From positions 46,929,976-46,993,975 of the forward strand of contig NC_058134.1 of the NCBI RefSeq assembly GCF_016433145.1: DNA of 64,000 bases, read 5' to 3'. Origin of the DNA: Gracilinanus agilis (Eukaryota). A program made the position numbers and the translations under genes. The notes under the pieces are model-generated. The model had not been told where the DNA came from, ran no database searches, and worked only from the letters and a program-made list of their open reading frames with translations. Each line of letters starts with the position of its first letter. The first letter of the stretch is position 1. This document shows positions 63,361 to 64,000 of this stretch, one piece after another.

Positions 63361-64000
63361 TTTGCCAATCTGTCTACAGCAAGATGTGATATAGATTTAA
63401 TAAAGGCATGATGTCATCTCTTGAAAAATTTCCTTCTTTGCTTAGCATCTTGACTTTCCAGGGCTACCCCTTAATCAGAGAAGCCCCAATTTTGCACTAA
63501 AAACTCATTTGATGACAGCTTAGTTGGCATTTAGATTCCTAAGTCCTTAGTCCTCTCAGGGACATGGACTAAGGAATATCATTTATTATGCCTTTTGGGA
63601 AAATGATCCTGATAGATGGCAACACCCTAGAGCCCATTCTGGGAGCGTTGCAGGATCAAAAGCTGGTGAATGTGGAAGATAGATATTAAGGTATGTTTTT
63701 CAATTTGTACCAAATTTGGTAGTATTTTCTACTTTCTTCTGTTGCCCTTTACACACGTAAACACACACACATACTTTCTTCCTGCTTCTTAGTGCCTGGT
63801 GGTGTTTGGCACATGGTAGGTGCTTAATAAAGACTTGCTCCCTTGATTCTAATGTAATATCAGCTCCTTGAGAGTAGGGATAGTTCCATCTTTGTCTTTG
63901 ATCCTCCACCTCCTAGCACAGTACCTGGTACAAAAGGGTAGTTAATAAATGTTCGCTGAATTAAATTGAATTTGACCCTAGCATTTATCTATTTCTACCT

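Noticed and set aside
63600-63696. Short reading frame ending at a strong AAG|GTATGT donor
   Set aside because: No acceptor or promoter upstream and no recognisable protein; insufficient on its own.
1-64000. tRNA, rRNA, snoRNA genes or CRISPR arrays
   Set aside because: None recognised; the tRNA-like A/B-box heads all belong to SINEs.

Overview
Marsupial genomic DNA, most likely a didelphid opossum. This is inferred from the SINE1_Mdo/MAR1-type SINEs, marsupial L1/HAL1 and abundant L2/MIR/L3. One protein-coding gene is supportable: the complete 4-exon EIF1B on the minus strand (CDS 22434 to 19712, 113 aa). It has a CpG-island promoter, a poor start-codon context and tandem polyA signals. The rest is repeat-rich intergenic DNA: L2, L3, old and young L1, a HAL1-like element nested in an L1, at least four solo LTRs, two hAT MITEs, many SINEs, two local duplications and four assembly gaps. 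The most unusual object is a 695-bp element at 5362-6056, inserted into an L2. It has 169-bp terminal inverted repeats (8 mismatches, no indels), TG...CA ends and a perfect 6-bp target-site duplication, a combination that fits neither a normal solo LTR nor the mammalian MITE classes I know. Repeat family names are from recalled consensus features, not a database search. Boundaries without a stated TSD are approximate.
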